Assembly (NCBI GenBank): GCA_963733375.1
Contig: CAVTDB010000018.1
Coordinates: 1 to 40,774, forward strand
Direction: 5' to 3'
Source: Nitrospirota bacterium
Lineage (GTDB): Bacteria; Nitrospirota; JACRHJ01
Length of the DNA stretch: 40,774 nt
Under the pieces are notes generated by a model. The model was not told the DNA's origin. It ran no database searches and saw nothing but the letters and a program-made list of their open reading frames with translations. This document shows, piece after piece, positions 29,037-39,739 of this stretch. Every line of letters begins with the position of its first letter. Within the stretch, counting starts at the first letter, position 1. Position numbers and translations under genes: made by a program.

Positions 29037-31589
29037 CTAAAGGGCCACGACCGGCTTCACCAGTTTCGGCGTAATGAATATCAGAAGCTCCGATTGGGGC
29101 TGGTTCACGACCTGGTTCTTGAACAGCCAGCCGAGGAGAGGTATCTTGCCGAGGAGAGGGACCTCCGACACGGAGTTATCGGTAGTCTTTGGTGAAGACC
29201 CCGCCCAGGACGATTGTATCGCCGTCCTTTACGATCACGCTGGTGTTGACGGACTTGGTCTCTATCGACGCGGTGGCCCCCGCCGGCGTTATGGTTGACG
29301 GGGTGTTGTCGGTGGCGACTATGTCCATGGATATAAAGTCGTCGCCCGTGACGCGCGGCGTGACCGTAAGGCTCAGGTTTGCGTTCAAGGGCGTAGGAGC
29401 AGTCCCCGCCGCCGACGTGGTCTGGACGTACAGGGTGGTGCCCTGGACTATGGAGGCCGCTTTATTCTCAAGCGTCATGACCTTCGGCGCGGCCAGCGTC
29501 TCCAGTTTGTTGATCGCCTCTAATGCCTGTATCGTAAGGTCAAGGTTGACCCCTTTTATGAGATGACCCCAGGCAAAGCTGCCTGCCACGCCTCCAGCCG
29601 CCGCCGCCAGTTCTGACGGAATATTAATCGAATAAGTTGGGCGTAGTCCCGCCTGGTAGCCCGCTATTCCCACCACGCCTGTTGCGTGGTTGCTCCGGTT
29701 GCGGCGGAGCCTCCCAGCACGCCGATGCTCGGGTTATTCCCGCTATTCTTCGTGAGGCCCCAGGAGACGCCCAGCGACCTGCTGTAGCCCACGTCCACCG
29801 TCACTATGCGCGCCTCTATCATCACCTGCTTTACTTCCTTGTCCAGTATCTTTATCAGGTCCCCCGCCTTGTCGAGATTGCGCCGTATGTCGGTAACGAT
29901 AATCTCGTTGGTGCTCTCGTTCGATATTATTTCGCCTCTCGGGGAGAGGATCTTCTTTATCTTGGGCTCAAGCTCTGTCGCCTTCATGTAATTGATCTTG
30001 AACGTCATGGTATACAGGTCTTCCGCCTGCTGTTCCAGTTTCTTCTGCTCCGCCACCTGGAGCAGGTCGCGCCTTGTCTCGTCGTCCAGCCTTGCCTTCG
30101 AGGCCACCCTTAAGACGTTCCCGTCTATCCGCTTATCCAGGTTGTAAATCCGGAGAAGTATGTCAAGGGCCTGGTCCCAGGGGACGTTGTCCAGCTTTAA
30201 AGTGACCTTCCCCTTGACGTCGGTGGGGTCCATTATCAGGTTCAAGCCCGCGACGTCCGCCAGAAGCTTTATTACCTTGTCGAGGTCGGCGTCCTGGACG
30301 TCAAAGGAGATCTTGCCGCCGGTATATTTCTTGTCCTGTGCGTCCATTACATCCGCGCTGTCTGCCGGGGCCCGGGCGGCAAGGGGCTTGGAAGAAAGAA
30401 TAGTCTTTCCCCCGGCGCGAGAGACATAGATATTAACGGGCGCGGGTGATTTCGCCTCGGACGGCCTGGATTTGACGTTACGCGGCGCCACTGGCGCAGG
30501 GGCTTCTTTTTAGCCTCCCGCTCCGGCGCGGCGAGCGGGCGCCGCCTTGGGGGCTTCCGCCTTTGCCTTCGGCGCCGGGGCAGCTGGAGGCGCGGCGGGC
30601 GCGGCGTGGGCGGCGGCGGGAGCTTTTTTCGCCATTACCGGCGGATGCACGCTCACCACCAAAGTCCTGCCCGCGTTTTCCACGTCATAATCGTAAGGTC
30701 CCTTCACGTCCAGGACTATCCGGACCTTCCGGGGCAGATCCCTGTGAGCGGCCATCCGGACTTTTGCCAGCACCTTCCCGTTTACGTCGAAACTCTCTTT
30801 GGCCTTTACGGAATTCATGCCGATGAGGTCCACGACGAGCCTGTTCGCGCCAAGCTTGAAAATTTCCGGCTTTTTAAATACCCCGTCCCCCTGGAGGCGC
30901 ACGCCTGCGCTGTCCCCCTCTTTGAAGAAGGAGATATTGGTCAGCGTCTTTGCCTCGGGGAGCGGCGGACAAGATGACTTATGGCCGGGAGTGCTCACTG
31001 CGCACGCCTCGGCCTTTGCGGGAGGCGCTGCCGGTTTGACGGCGGCTTTTTCGGGAGGGGCGGCAGGTCTTGCGGCCTCGGCCTTCGCGACTTTTTCCTC
31101 CGGCGCGGGCGGCGCCTCGGGCGCCTTCGCCTCCGGGGTTACCGCACCTGGAAATACGTGTTTTTCGGTTTTGCTTAAGATAACGTTTATCGAAGACTCG
31201 TTCTGGGTTATTATGCTTTCGGCATCCGTGGTCAGCGCGATTTCGACCCTGGTTATCTGCTTTGCATTCTCCGCCTTATACGAGGTGATGTAGGATACCG
31301 GCCCTTTGTCCACGTTGAGCCTGCCCACTGCCTCGCCAGGCTCCACTCCCGCCAGGTCCAGTATAAGCTTCGGGGGGTCCTGCTGCCTCAGCGTCGTAAA
31401 AATGACCGGCGCGCCCGTGGTAATGACAACGGTGGTATTTTTATCGTTGTCAACGACGTCCACCTTCTTCAAGACGACAGGGCCTTCCTTCCCGGCCTCA
31501 TACTCCCGCCCACCGGCGCAAGCTGACAGAAAAAGAACGCATAACAATAAAAGCAGAAATGATTTTTTTAATTGGCCGGCGCCCGCCAT
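29037..31589 (-). CDS. pilQ: Type IV pilus secretin PilQ with AMIN domains (frameshifts near 30510, 29670 and 29180)
   Basis: Lipoprotein signal LSAC, AMIN domains (PPKLILDL, NRLVVDL), YTGGKISFDVQDAD, VPWDQAL, QVMIEARIV, ..ELLIFITPK in the last frame. Confidence 0.9.
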
Positions 31590-32410
31590 TACTCCGCCTC
31601 CTTGTGCAAGGGTAAGACTACTTTGTTGGTCTCCACGTCGCCAAGGATGTCCTTGATATTTTCGGTAACGTAGACACTGTTTTCGGTGATCCTGGTAATC
31701 CTGCCCTGCTTGTCCCCGATGGGCTCGCCCGTCTTGACCGTATAGCCCCGTCCGTCGGGGGTGATTATCATCGCCCTGAACCCCTTGGCATTCCAGCATA
31801 TCGCCCTTACAATAAGCTTATCGACCGGCACCTTCTCAAGCGGCCTGGCGTTCTTCGATATCGGCGGACATACTTTCGGCACTTCAAACGGGGACATGAA
31901 AGGGTCTCTTTTGCCGAGCGACGAATAAACGTAGTCTTTCTCAGGGCCGGCGAGCACCCTCGTCTTCAATATCGAGGCGGCCTTCTCATAGAGGGCAATT
32001 TCCTTCTCCGCCCTGTCCGCGGCGTCGGAGTCTTTTTTCTTCCGGGCCGCTTCCAAAGATTTCTTGGCCTCGTCAAGCTTCAACTGTACATATGATTCCG
32101 CCATGGACTGGGAAAGTTTAGTGTGCGCCGCGAAATCCTCCGGCGAGTTATACCGCACTTCCTTCCCCCCCTCAACCGTCTTTATCACGACCTGGTTCTG
32201 CTGCTCCGGCGCATTGGCCGTCTCATGCCCCGCTTCCCCCGCAGGCTTGGACTTCGCCTTCGCTCCCTTTTTTATAGGCGCGCCCATCCTCAGCGCAAAC
32301 TTCGGCTGGGGCGCTGTCTGCGCCTGGTAATGCCGGTAAAAGAAGGACCCCGCCGCCGCAATCCCCAGAACCACCACCAGTATGATTAATACCTTAGTCC
32401 TTTTTTCCAC
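31589..32410 (-). CDS. pilP: Type IV pilus assembly protein PilP
   Basis: Y..GKRDPF, PLEK.P, AMIITPDGRGYTVK.GEPIG...GRI; position between pilO and pilQ. Confidence 0.85.
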   Translation of the reverse strand: MEKRTKVLIILVVVLGIAAAGSFFYRHYQAQTAPQPKFALRMGAPIKKGAKAKSKPAGEAGHETANAPEQQNQVVIKTVEGGKEVRYNSPEDFAAHTKLSQSMAESYVQLKLDEAKKSLEAARKKKDSDAADRAEKEIALYEKAASILKTRVLAGPEKDYVYSSLGKRDPFMSPFEVPKVCPPISKNARPLEKVPVDKLIVRAICWNAKGFRAMIITPDGRGYTVKTGEPIGDKQGRITRITENSVYVTENIKDILGDVETNKVVLPLHKEAE

Positions 32411-32989
32411 TTACTTACCTCCGCCGGCCGTATATGCCAGCACGGTGAACTTGATCGGGAGGTTCATTTTAATGCCGCCCACGGTCCCGGAAGAGATATT
32501 CAGTTCCGAGACCGTCATCATCATCGTCATCTTGTCGAGCTTCTCCATGAATTTTCCCAGGTCATGGTAGCCGCCGTTAACCTCAACGCTTATGGGCGTC
32601 TGGACATAAAGCCCGTCCGGCCCCGTTTCTTTGTCCCCGGCGTTCACCGATTTCACGGAAAGGCCGCTTGCCTTCGCCGCCCCCGATATGGCGTCCGGGA
32701 CTCCCTCGCCTTCCGCCGGCGACGGCAACCGCTGCGTGGCCACCTTCAGTTCCTGCTGGAGGCGCTCGTTTTCGGCCTTCAGCTTTTTAAGCTTCCTCTG
32801 CATAATCTGGCTTTTTGATATTTCGCTTTCGTTCTTCTGGACGGTCGTCTCCAGGTCCGAAATAGTCTTGCTCCCCGGCAGATAGACATAATACATGAAC
32901 GCGACTATTATCAGCGCGGGCATAAAAAACAGGAGGAGGGTCTGCTGTTTCGGGGTAAGCTTCTTTATCTTATCCTCAATTATGCTCAT
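32411..32989 (-). CDS. pilO: Type IV pilus assembly protein PilO
   Basis: Own RBS (GGAGG) and ATG at 32989; TM helix, coiled coil, V.GGYHDLGKF motif. Confidence 0.87.
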   Translation of the reverse strand: MSIIEDKIKKLTPKQQTLLLFFMPALIIVAFMYYVYLPGSKTISDLETTVQKNESEISKSQIMQRKLKKLKAENERLQQELKVATQRLPSPAEGEGVPDAISGAAKASGLSVKSVNAGDKETGPDGLYVQTPISVEVNGGYHDLGKFMEKLDKMTMMMTVSELNISSGTVGGIKMNLPIKFTVLAYTAGGGK

Positions 32990-32997
32990 CTTTCCTC

Positions 32998-33631
32998 CTA
33001 CTTCTTCTTCGGCGCGGGTTTCGTAGCAGGCTTCGCGCCAGGCTTCGTACCAGGCGTCCGTCACCGGCTCCGGCGGCAGTTCCTCATATCCGGCAAGCTT
33101 GCCCGATATTTTAAAGGTGTACCTGTCTTCCTTGGCGGTGGAAACGTCTTTCACGTCCTCCACCTTGATATTTGCGAAAGTAGGCAGCGCCTCCATCTTG
33201 TCCGCGAAAATCTGCGCGTTCTTATTGCTGTCCCGCGCTATGCCCTCAATGGTGAACAAAGGCCCTTTCACGGAAAGCGAGGTGAGCCAGACATCCCGCG
33301 TAATGGAGGCGTTTATGCCGTTTAAGAGCGGCGTCATGGGGACTTTTCTCTTTTCCAGCTCCTGTATCGTCTTGAGCTTCTGCTCAAGTGCGATCCGGCT
33401 CTTCTCGTAGGCTTCCGCCTCCTTGACCTTCTTCTTCATGACATCGAGCTGTTTTTGCGTCAGGTCCGCCTGATCCTGAAGGTCGGATTTTTTCGAATAT
33501 ATATGGATAGTCCCGTATGCGGCCAGAAGGACGGACAGGACGGTGACGCCCATCACCACTGCCCGGAGTTTCAGTATATTTTTATCTACCGCCTTGATCT
33601 TTTTATGCGGGAGGAGGTTTATCTTTATCAT
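32998..33631 (-). CDS. pilN: Type IV pilus assembly protein PilN (frameshift at ~33058)
   Basis: MIKINLLP PilM-binding motif, TM helix, coiled coil, VWLTSL. The corrected tail TPGTKPGAKPATKPAPKKK* ends at TAG 32998-33000. Confidence 0.87.
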
Positions 33632-34689
33632 TCTTTTAACCTCCTCAGGGCAAGCCCGACTACCACGGCGGCAGAGGGCGCGGAATTCTGCGCCGCATCC
33701 GGGTCCAGTTTCGGATCAAGACTTATATTCCTGAACGGGTTGGCCAGTTCCACCTCCACGCCTACCCTCTCGGCCAGCCGCTCCGGAAATCCCGCCATGA
33801 GCGCGGCGCCCCCGGAGAGTATCACTCTGTCCACGTTCTCTATGCCGGTGGTGGCCCGGAAGAAGTCTATGGACCTCGCCGCCTCCGCCGTTATGTCTTC
33901 CGTCACCGAGTCGATCAGCGACTGCGCCCGCGAGAGGTCCACCCCCGCGGAATCGTCGCCTTTCTTCAGATTTTCCGCGGCGGCAAACCCGATGCCGAAC
34001 TCCTTCTGAAGCGATTCGGTGTAGAGGTTCCCCCCGACGGAGCTGTCCCTGGTGAACACCGAGGCGCCGTCTTTTAATATGTTTATGTTCATTACCGCCG
34101 CGCCTACATTCACGAGCGCGTCCACCCGGCCAGGCGATATCTCGTAATTGACCTCGAACATATTCTCCAGCGCGAAGGCGTCCACGTCCATTATCACCGG
34201 GTTCAGCCCGGCCTCGGTCACGAGCGTCACGTAATCGTTTATCTTGTCTTTTTTGGCGGCGACCAGCACGACGTCCATCGTGTTGGCGCCCTCCTTCGCG
34301 GACGGGCCCAATATCTGGAAGTCAAGGTTGACGTCGTCGATGGCGAACGGTATATATTGCTCCGCTTCCCAGTTGATGGATTCGGAAAGCTCGTCCTCGC
34401 TCATCTCCGGGAGCGTTATCCGCTTCACGATTACCGAGTTTCCGGATACGCCTATGACCGTATCCTTGACTTTTAACTGGGTCTCCTGCAGCAGTTCGGA
34501 AATGACCCCCGCGACCTGGGAGCGGTCCATAATCGCGCCGTCCACTATCGCCTCGGGGTCCAACTCCCTGAAGGCGTACTTCGCCAGTACCAGGTCCTTT
34601 CCGCGCTCCACAATCTGTGCGAGTTTCACGGTATGAGACCCGATATCAAGCCCCACTATTTGTGTTTTCCTGCCTAAGAACACGCGCAC
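33628..34689 (-). CDS. pilM: Type IV pilus assembly protein PilM (actin-like)
   Basis: VGLDIGSH.VK, WEAEQYIPF.IDDV.LDF, ILSGG, VELANPF, GLALR. Confidence 0.95.
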   Translation of the reverse strand: MRVFLGRKTQIVGLDIGSHTVKLAQIVERGKDLVLAKYAFRELDPEAIVDGAIMDRSQVAGVISELLQETQLKVKDTVIGVSGNSVIVKRITLPEMSEDELSESINWEAEQYIPFAIDDVNLDFQILGPSAKEGANTMDVVLVAAKKDKINDYVTLVTEAGLNPVIMDVDAFALENMFEVNYEISPGRVDALVNVGAAVMNINILKDGASVFTRDSSVGGNLYTESLQKEFGIGFAAAENLKKGDDSAGVDLSRAQSLIDSVTEDITAEAARSIDFFRATTGIENVDRVILSGGAALMAGFPERLAERVGVEVELANPFRNISLDPKLDPDAAQNSAPSAAVVVGLALRRLKE

Positions 34690-34707
34690 CTCGCTCTTTA
34701 CCGGGAG

Positions 34708-34911
34708 TTACTGTTTATGCTTTATTATCCGCTCTATCTCTTTCAAGTTCGCCGCGTGATAGAGCCTCCAGCCCCTCCAGTCCCTCTGCACGCCCGTTAT
34801 GAGCCCTTCGTTTTCCCATCTGAAAAGAGTAGAACGTGAAATGTCATATAGCTCGCAGATATCCCTGGTCTTATATATTTTTTTATCCGTGTCCCTGCGC
34901 ATCATGCTCAT
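34708..34911 (-). CDS. Small MerR-type winged-HTH protein
   Basis: ICELYDISRSTLFRWENEGLI...RDWRGWRLY. Confidence 0.8.
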   Translation of the reverse strand: MSMMRRDTDKKIYKTRDICELYDISRSTLFRWENEGLITGVQRDWRGWRLYHAANLKEIERIIKHKQ

Positions 34912-35155
34912 AAGATATCCATTTGTAAAATTAATTTATTTTAACCATTTAATACGTATTGGTATACTAACTATACTTAAAATATTTGCTTGTCAAGAAA
35001 ATAATTATCAGGTGAAATTTGATTTTATCAAGTAATAAAGGCGGTTATCTACCAAAAGAAGGCGGCGGGAAACCTGGCGTGCACAATATTTAGTGCTTTT
35101 TGAAGAAAACGGACGGCCGTAAAATTTCTTGCGGGCGGATTAAATATGCTTAATT

Positions 35156-35756
35156 TTAAAAGGTGCGTGTTCCTGCCAGCCTTTTGGCGGACATGCGGAT
35201 GACTTCCGGCACGCCTTTATTCTTGCCTACGAAACGGAGGTCGCGCGTCCTTAGCTTCGGAAGGAACGTCAGCCCCATCGGCACGGGCGTCTTCGGGTTG
35301 TTCACCAGCGCGAGCGTTACGGAATAAGATTTTATCCAGTCCTTGTTCCCGGCTATTTCCCGGAGCACCTCTTCGCTCACGTTCCTGGAAGCCGCGATCA
35401 TCTCCACTTCATGCAGCGTGAGCTTCGGGTTAGCGAGCACGGCGAGCGCGACCTGCTTGCTCGAGTCCTTGATGAGTATCATCCGGGTCTCCTGGTCGCC
35501 CATGCCTTGCCTCCTTTGAGCGCTCGCCCACGTCAAGCCTGAGAAGCCTCGCCTGAAGGCCCAGTTTATGCGCCTGGGCCTCTTCCTTTTGCTCATGTTC
35601 CTCGCGCTCCTGGCGCGCGCGCATCGCCGTCAGCGCCGCCCCGGACATCTTATCCGTCTCAAAATCAGGGGCCTCTTCAAGGCTTGATTTTTTTTCCTCC
35701 GCCGCCCCGTCCTCAGGCAGGTCCGAGGCTTGCTTATCGTCTATCTCTTCAATCAT
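35156..35756 (-). CDS. Conserved hypothetical protein with helical repeats (frameshift at ~35510)
   Basis: Acidic N-terminus in ORF 35430..35756 and RMILIKD..VALAVLANPKLT..LVNNPKTP C-terminus in ORF 35156..35596. Confidence 0.7.
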
Positions 35757-36497
35757 GGCTGCACCTTATGCAAGTAAAGCAGGTACTCCAGGTTCCCCTT
35801 GGCGCCTCTCACGGGCGACTCCATCTGGCCCAGCGCTTTAAAACCTATCGACTCGGCAAACCTGGTAATTTCGTGGAGGGCCGTCTCCCGCGCGCTTTCG
35901 TCACGCACGATGCCGCCCTTGCCCACGCCTCTCACGCCCCACCTCGAACTGCGGCTTCACCAGCGCGACGACCAAACCCCCGGGTTTCAGGTTCAGGTTT
36001 ATCGGGGGCAGGATGAGCTTGAGTGAGATAAAGGAGACGTCCACGGAGGCGAAATCCACAAGCTCGTCCAGGAACCCGGCGCCGGCATGACGAAAATTTA
36101 CCCGCTCGATCACGGACACGCGGGGGTCTTCCCTTAGCCTTTGGTCTATCAGCCCGTAGCCGACATCGACCGAATAAACCTTTTTTGCCCCCTCTTTCAG
36201 GAGGCAGTCGGTAAAGCCGCCGGTGGATGCGCCTATGTCCGCGCATGACAAGCCCGGCGACTGAGATTTTAAAATTATCCAGCGCGGCCTTAAGCTTCAG
36301 CCCGCCGCGCGAGACGTAAGGCAGGCCCTCTATAACCTCTATTTCGCTTCCCCGGCGACCGGCTCCCCCGCCTTGCTCGCTTTCCTGCCGTCAACCACCA
36401 CCTTGCCGGCGAGTATCAGGGCTTGGGCTTTCTGCCGGGATTCGGCCAGCCCGCGTGCGAGCATCTCTACGTCGAGCCTGTTTTTAGCTTCTTTCAA
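35753..36497 (-). CDS. tlyA: TlyA-family RNA methyltransferase with S4 domain (several frameshifts; start approximate)
   Basis: RLDV..ARGLAESRQKAQALILAG, YVSRGGLKL, DIGASTGGFTDCLL, DVSFISL, LVKPQFE, GAKGNLEYL across frames. Confidence 0.88.
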
Positions 36498-36639
36498 GCC
36501 GCTGAATTCCCGTTCTCGTTCAGCTCCGGGTGAAGCATTCTCTCCGAAAAATTATTATTCACAATAATGCCTCAACCGCGACCGCCCTATTTACGTTCAA
36601 CGATAATTTTTCTGCGAGAACGCTCCACCCTCCACAAAT

Positions 36640-38523
36640 TTATTCCGCCAGAACTTTTTCCGAGACGAAAGCCTCAGCCGCTTCGAATATGCCTCTTGCG
36701 TCGAGCCCCAGCCTGCGCCTTATCTGCGCCTGGGTCCCCTGCTCGACATAAATGTCCGGGACGCCGATGCGCTTCACCGGCACGTTCATCCCCGCCTCTT
36801 CGAGTACCTCGAGCACCGCGCTCCCGAAACCGCCCGCGAGGACGTTTTCCTCCACGGTGAGGATCCGTTTGGAAGTCGTTGCGGCGCGGATGATGGCGTC
36901 TTTGTCTATCGGCTTTATGAACCTCGCGTTTATCACGCCGGTCTGGCAGCCGGATTTCGATAGTTCATCCGCCGCCAGGACTGCCGGATGCACCGTGTTT
37001 CCGATGGCGATTATGCACAGCTCTGAGCCTTCGCTTATTACCTCCGCCTTGCCGAGCGGTATCTCCTGGAATTCACGGTCGAGCGGTACGCCCAGGCCTT
37101 TGCCGCGCGGGTAGCGCAGCGCAACGGGACAGTTTAATTTCAACCCCGTGAAAAGCATGTGCCTCAGCTCGTTTTCGTCCTTTGGCGCCATGAATACTAA
37201 ATTAGGCACGTTCCTCATGAAGGATATGTCGAAGAGCCCCTGGTGGGTTTCGCCGTCCTCGCCCACGACCCCGGCCCTGTCCATCGCCATCAGGACCGGC
37301 AGGTTCTGCATGCATATGTCGTGCACTACCTGGTCGTAGGCACGCTGCATGAAAGTGGAATAGACGGCGACGACCGGCTTCATGCCGCATGCGGCCAGCC
37401 CGCATGAGAAAGTCAGGGCGTGCTGTTCGGCGATGCCGACGTCAAAAAACCTGTTCGGGAACTCTTTCGCGAATTTGGAGAGTCCGGTCCCTTCCGGCAT
37501 GGCGGCGGTTACGGCTATTATCGACGGGTCTTCCTTCGCAAGCTCTACCAGCGCCCCGCCGAATACGCCGGTATAGGATACGCCCCCGCCGGACGCCGCG
37601 GCCTCGCCCGACTCCACGTCGAAGGGAGGCGTGCCGTGGAACGCGGTCGGGTCGTTCTCGGCAAACTCGTAGCCCTTGCCCTTCTTGGTCATAACGTGCA
37701 CGAGCACCGCGCCTTTCCTGTCCCGCGCGTCTCTCAATGCCTCCGTCAGCATCCTTATATCGTGGCCGTCTATCGGGCCGATGTAGGAGAAGCCCATCTC
37801 TTCGAAGAGCATGCCGGGCAAAAAAATTCCCTTCATCCTCTCGCCGGTCTTCGAGGCGACCTTGAACATCTGCTCGGCCACCTTCGGGAGCTTCTTCACG
37901 AACTGCTCCGTCTCGCGCCTAAGCTTCTCCGCCTTGACGCCGGTGATGATGCGGCTCAAGTAGTTCGACAGCGCCCCCACGTTCGTGGAGATCGACATCT
38001 CGTTGTCGTTCAATACGACGACCAGGTCCCGCTCCAGGTGTCCGGCCTGGTTCATCCCCTCGAACGCCAGTCCCGCGGTCATCGAACCGTCGCCGATTAC
38101 CGCGGCGATCTTGAAACCGCCGCCCTCCATGTCCCGCGCGACCGCCATGCCGAGCGCCGCCGATATCGACGTGCTGGAGTGGCCGACGTCGAACGGGTCG
38201 TACGGGCTCTCCGAGCGCTTGGGGAAGCCGCTTAAGCCGCCTTCGCGCCTGATCGTTCCGAAACGGTCGCGTCTCCCGGTGAGGAGCTTATGGGCATACG
38301 CCTGGTGGCCCACGTCCCAGATTATCTTGTCCGCCGGGGTATCATAGACATAGTGCAGGGCGAGGGCGAGTTCCACGACGCCCAGTGACGAGGCCAGATG
38401 GCCTCCGTTTACGGAACAGACCGCGATTATCTCTTCTCGTATCTCTTCCGCCAGCAGCGGAAGGTCCTTGAGCTTAAGCGCCTTGAGGTCCGCAGGGGAG
38501 CCGATGCTGTCAAGATATGCCAT
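36640..38523 (-). CDS. dxs: 1-deoxy-D-xylulose-5-phosphate synthase
   Basis: GGHLASSLG, DVGHQAY.HK, GDGSMTAG, NDNEMSI, DVGIAEQHA, DRAG. Confidence 0.97.
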   Translation of the reverse strand: MAYLDSIGSPADLKALKLKDLPLLAEEIREEIIAVCSVNGGHLASSLGVVELALALHYVYDTPADKIIWDVGHQAYAHKLLTGRRDRFGTIRREGGLSGFPKRSESPYDPFDVGHSSTSISAALGMAVARDMEGGGFKIAAVIGDGSMTAGLAFEGMNQAGHLERDLVVVLNDNEMSISTNVGALSNYLSRIITGVKAEKLRRETEQFVKKLPKVAEQMFKVASKTGERMKGIFLPGMLFEEMGFSYIGPIDGHDIRMLTEALRDARDRKGAVLVHVMTKKGKGYEFAENDPTAFHGTPPFDVESGEAAASGGGVSYTGVFGGALVELAKEDPSIIAVTAAMPEGTGLSKFAKEFPNRFFDVGIAEQHALTFSCGLAACGMKPVVAVYSTFMQRAYDQVVHDICMQNLPVLMAMDRAGVVGEDGETHQGLFDISFMRNVPNLVFMAPKDENELRHMLFTGLKLNCPVALRYPRGKGLGVPLDREFQEIPLGKAEVISEGSELCIIAIGNTVHPAVLAADELSKSGCQTGVINARFIKPIDKDAIIRAATTSKRILTVEENVLAGGFGSAVLEVLEEAGMNVPVKRIGVPDIYVEQGTQAQIRRRLGLDARGIFEAAEAFVSEKVLAE

Positions 38524-38543
38524 TAATGCCTCCCATTCGGCAA

Positions 38544-39453
38544 TCAGTTCTTTCGTGATACTATGTAACGTGCAATCTCGCGGAGCGGTTCCGCGTTCTG
38601 CGCAAAAATTTCAAGCGCGTCCACAGCCGAGCCGGATAGCTCCATGGCGCGCTTCCGGGACTCATCCAGGCCGACCATCGCGGGATACGTCTTCTTCCCC
38701 CGTTCCAGGTCGCTGCCCACGTCCTTGCCTATCTCTTCCTGAGTGCCGGTAATATCCAGTATATCATCGGCTATCTGAAAAGCCAGGCCCGCCTCTTCGC
38801 CGTAACGCGTAATGGCTTTCAGCTGCAAATCGTCCGCGCCGGCGGCGATTGCGCCGATACGCACCGACGCGCGGATAAGCGCGCCGGTTTTGCGCGTATG
38901 TATATATTCCAGCGTGGCGAAATCGATCTCCTTGCCTTCCGACTCTATGTCCACGGCCTGGCCGCCCACCATCCCCATGCTGCCCGAGGCAAACGCCAGC
39001 TCATGTATAACTTTCAACTGGCGGAGCGGGTCCATGTTATTCATATGCGCCGGAGACGACAAAAGCTCGAACGCGAACGTGAGCAGGGCGTCTCCCGCGA
39101 GTATCGCGGCGGCCTCGCCATATATTTTATGGTTGGTCGGCTTCCCCCGGCGGAAGTCGTCGTCGTCCATCGCCGGCAGGTCGTCGTGGATAAGCGAATA
39201 TGTGTGGATGAACTCAAGGGAGCTTGCCGAGGCGATGAGTCCCGGAATATCGGACGCACCCCTGTCCCGCGACGGCTTCGGCGGCGGCGATTGCGAGTAT
39301 CGGCCTGACCCTCTTCCCGCCGGCCTCCAGGCTGTACCGCATGGAGGAGTGGAGCGTTTTGGGCAGTATGTCCGCCTTCGGGGCCGCCGTGTTTATAAAG
39401 TCTTCCACCAGCCGCCGTTTTTCGCTTATATATTTTTTTAAGTCGAAGTTCAT
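38544..39453 (-). CDS. ispA: Geranyl/farnesyl diphosphate synthase (frameshift at ~39260)
   Basis: GGKRVRP, MDDDDFRRGKPT, KTGALI, FQIADDILD. Confidence 0.93.
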
Positions 39454-39683
39454 TCCCCCTCTTCCGGTTCGAAGGGTTCGATTCTGGTGCCGCGGGACTG
39501 GTCTTTCAGAAGTATCTCCACCTTGCGCTCGGCTTCTTCGAGCTGTTTCGTGAGCGCGCGCGTAAGTTTTATGCCCTCATCGAAGAGCTTTACCGATTCG
39601 CTAAGGGGCAGTTCGCCCTTCTCCATTTTCGCAACTATACTTTCAAGCCGTTTCAGCGAATTCTCGAACTTCTCTTCCGCCAC
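39450..39683 (-). CDS. xseB: Exodeoxyribonuclease VII small subunit
   Basis: FENSLKRLESIVAKMEKGELPLSESVKLFDEG..L..AE. Confidence 0.93.
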   Translation of the reverse strand: MAEEKFENSLKRLESIVAKMEKGELPLSESVKLFDEGIKLTRALTKQLEEAERKVEILLKDQSRGTRIEPFEPEEGE

Positions 39684-39739
39684 GGCAAACCCTCCATAAA
39701 TAGAAGTAAATGCAAATTATACACCAGAGGGCACTTTGG

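Noticed and set aside
30990-31150. Ala/Pro/Lys-rich repetitive stretches in pilQ
   Set aside because: Ordinary low-complexity interdomain linkers, not a DNA repeat element.
32411-33631. Apparent 406-aa PilN-PilO fusion in the ORF track
   Set aside because: pilO has its own GGAGG RBS and ATG. A one-base shift at ~33058 gives PilN a natural Pro/Lys-rich tail and a TAG just before that RBS. Likely an indel artefact.
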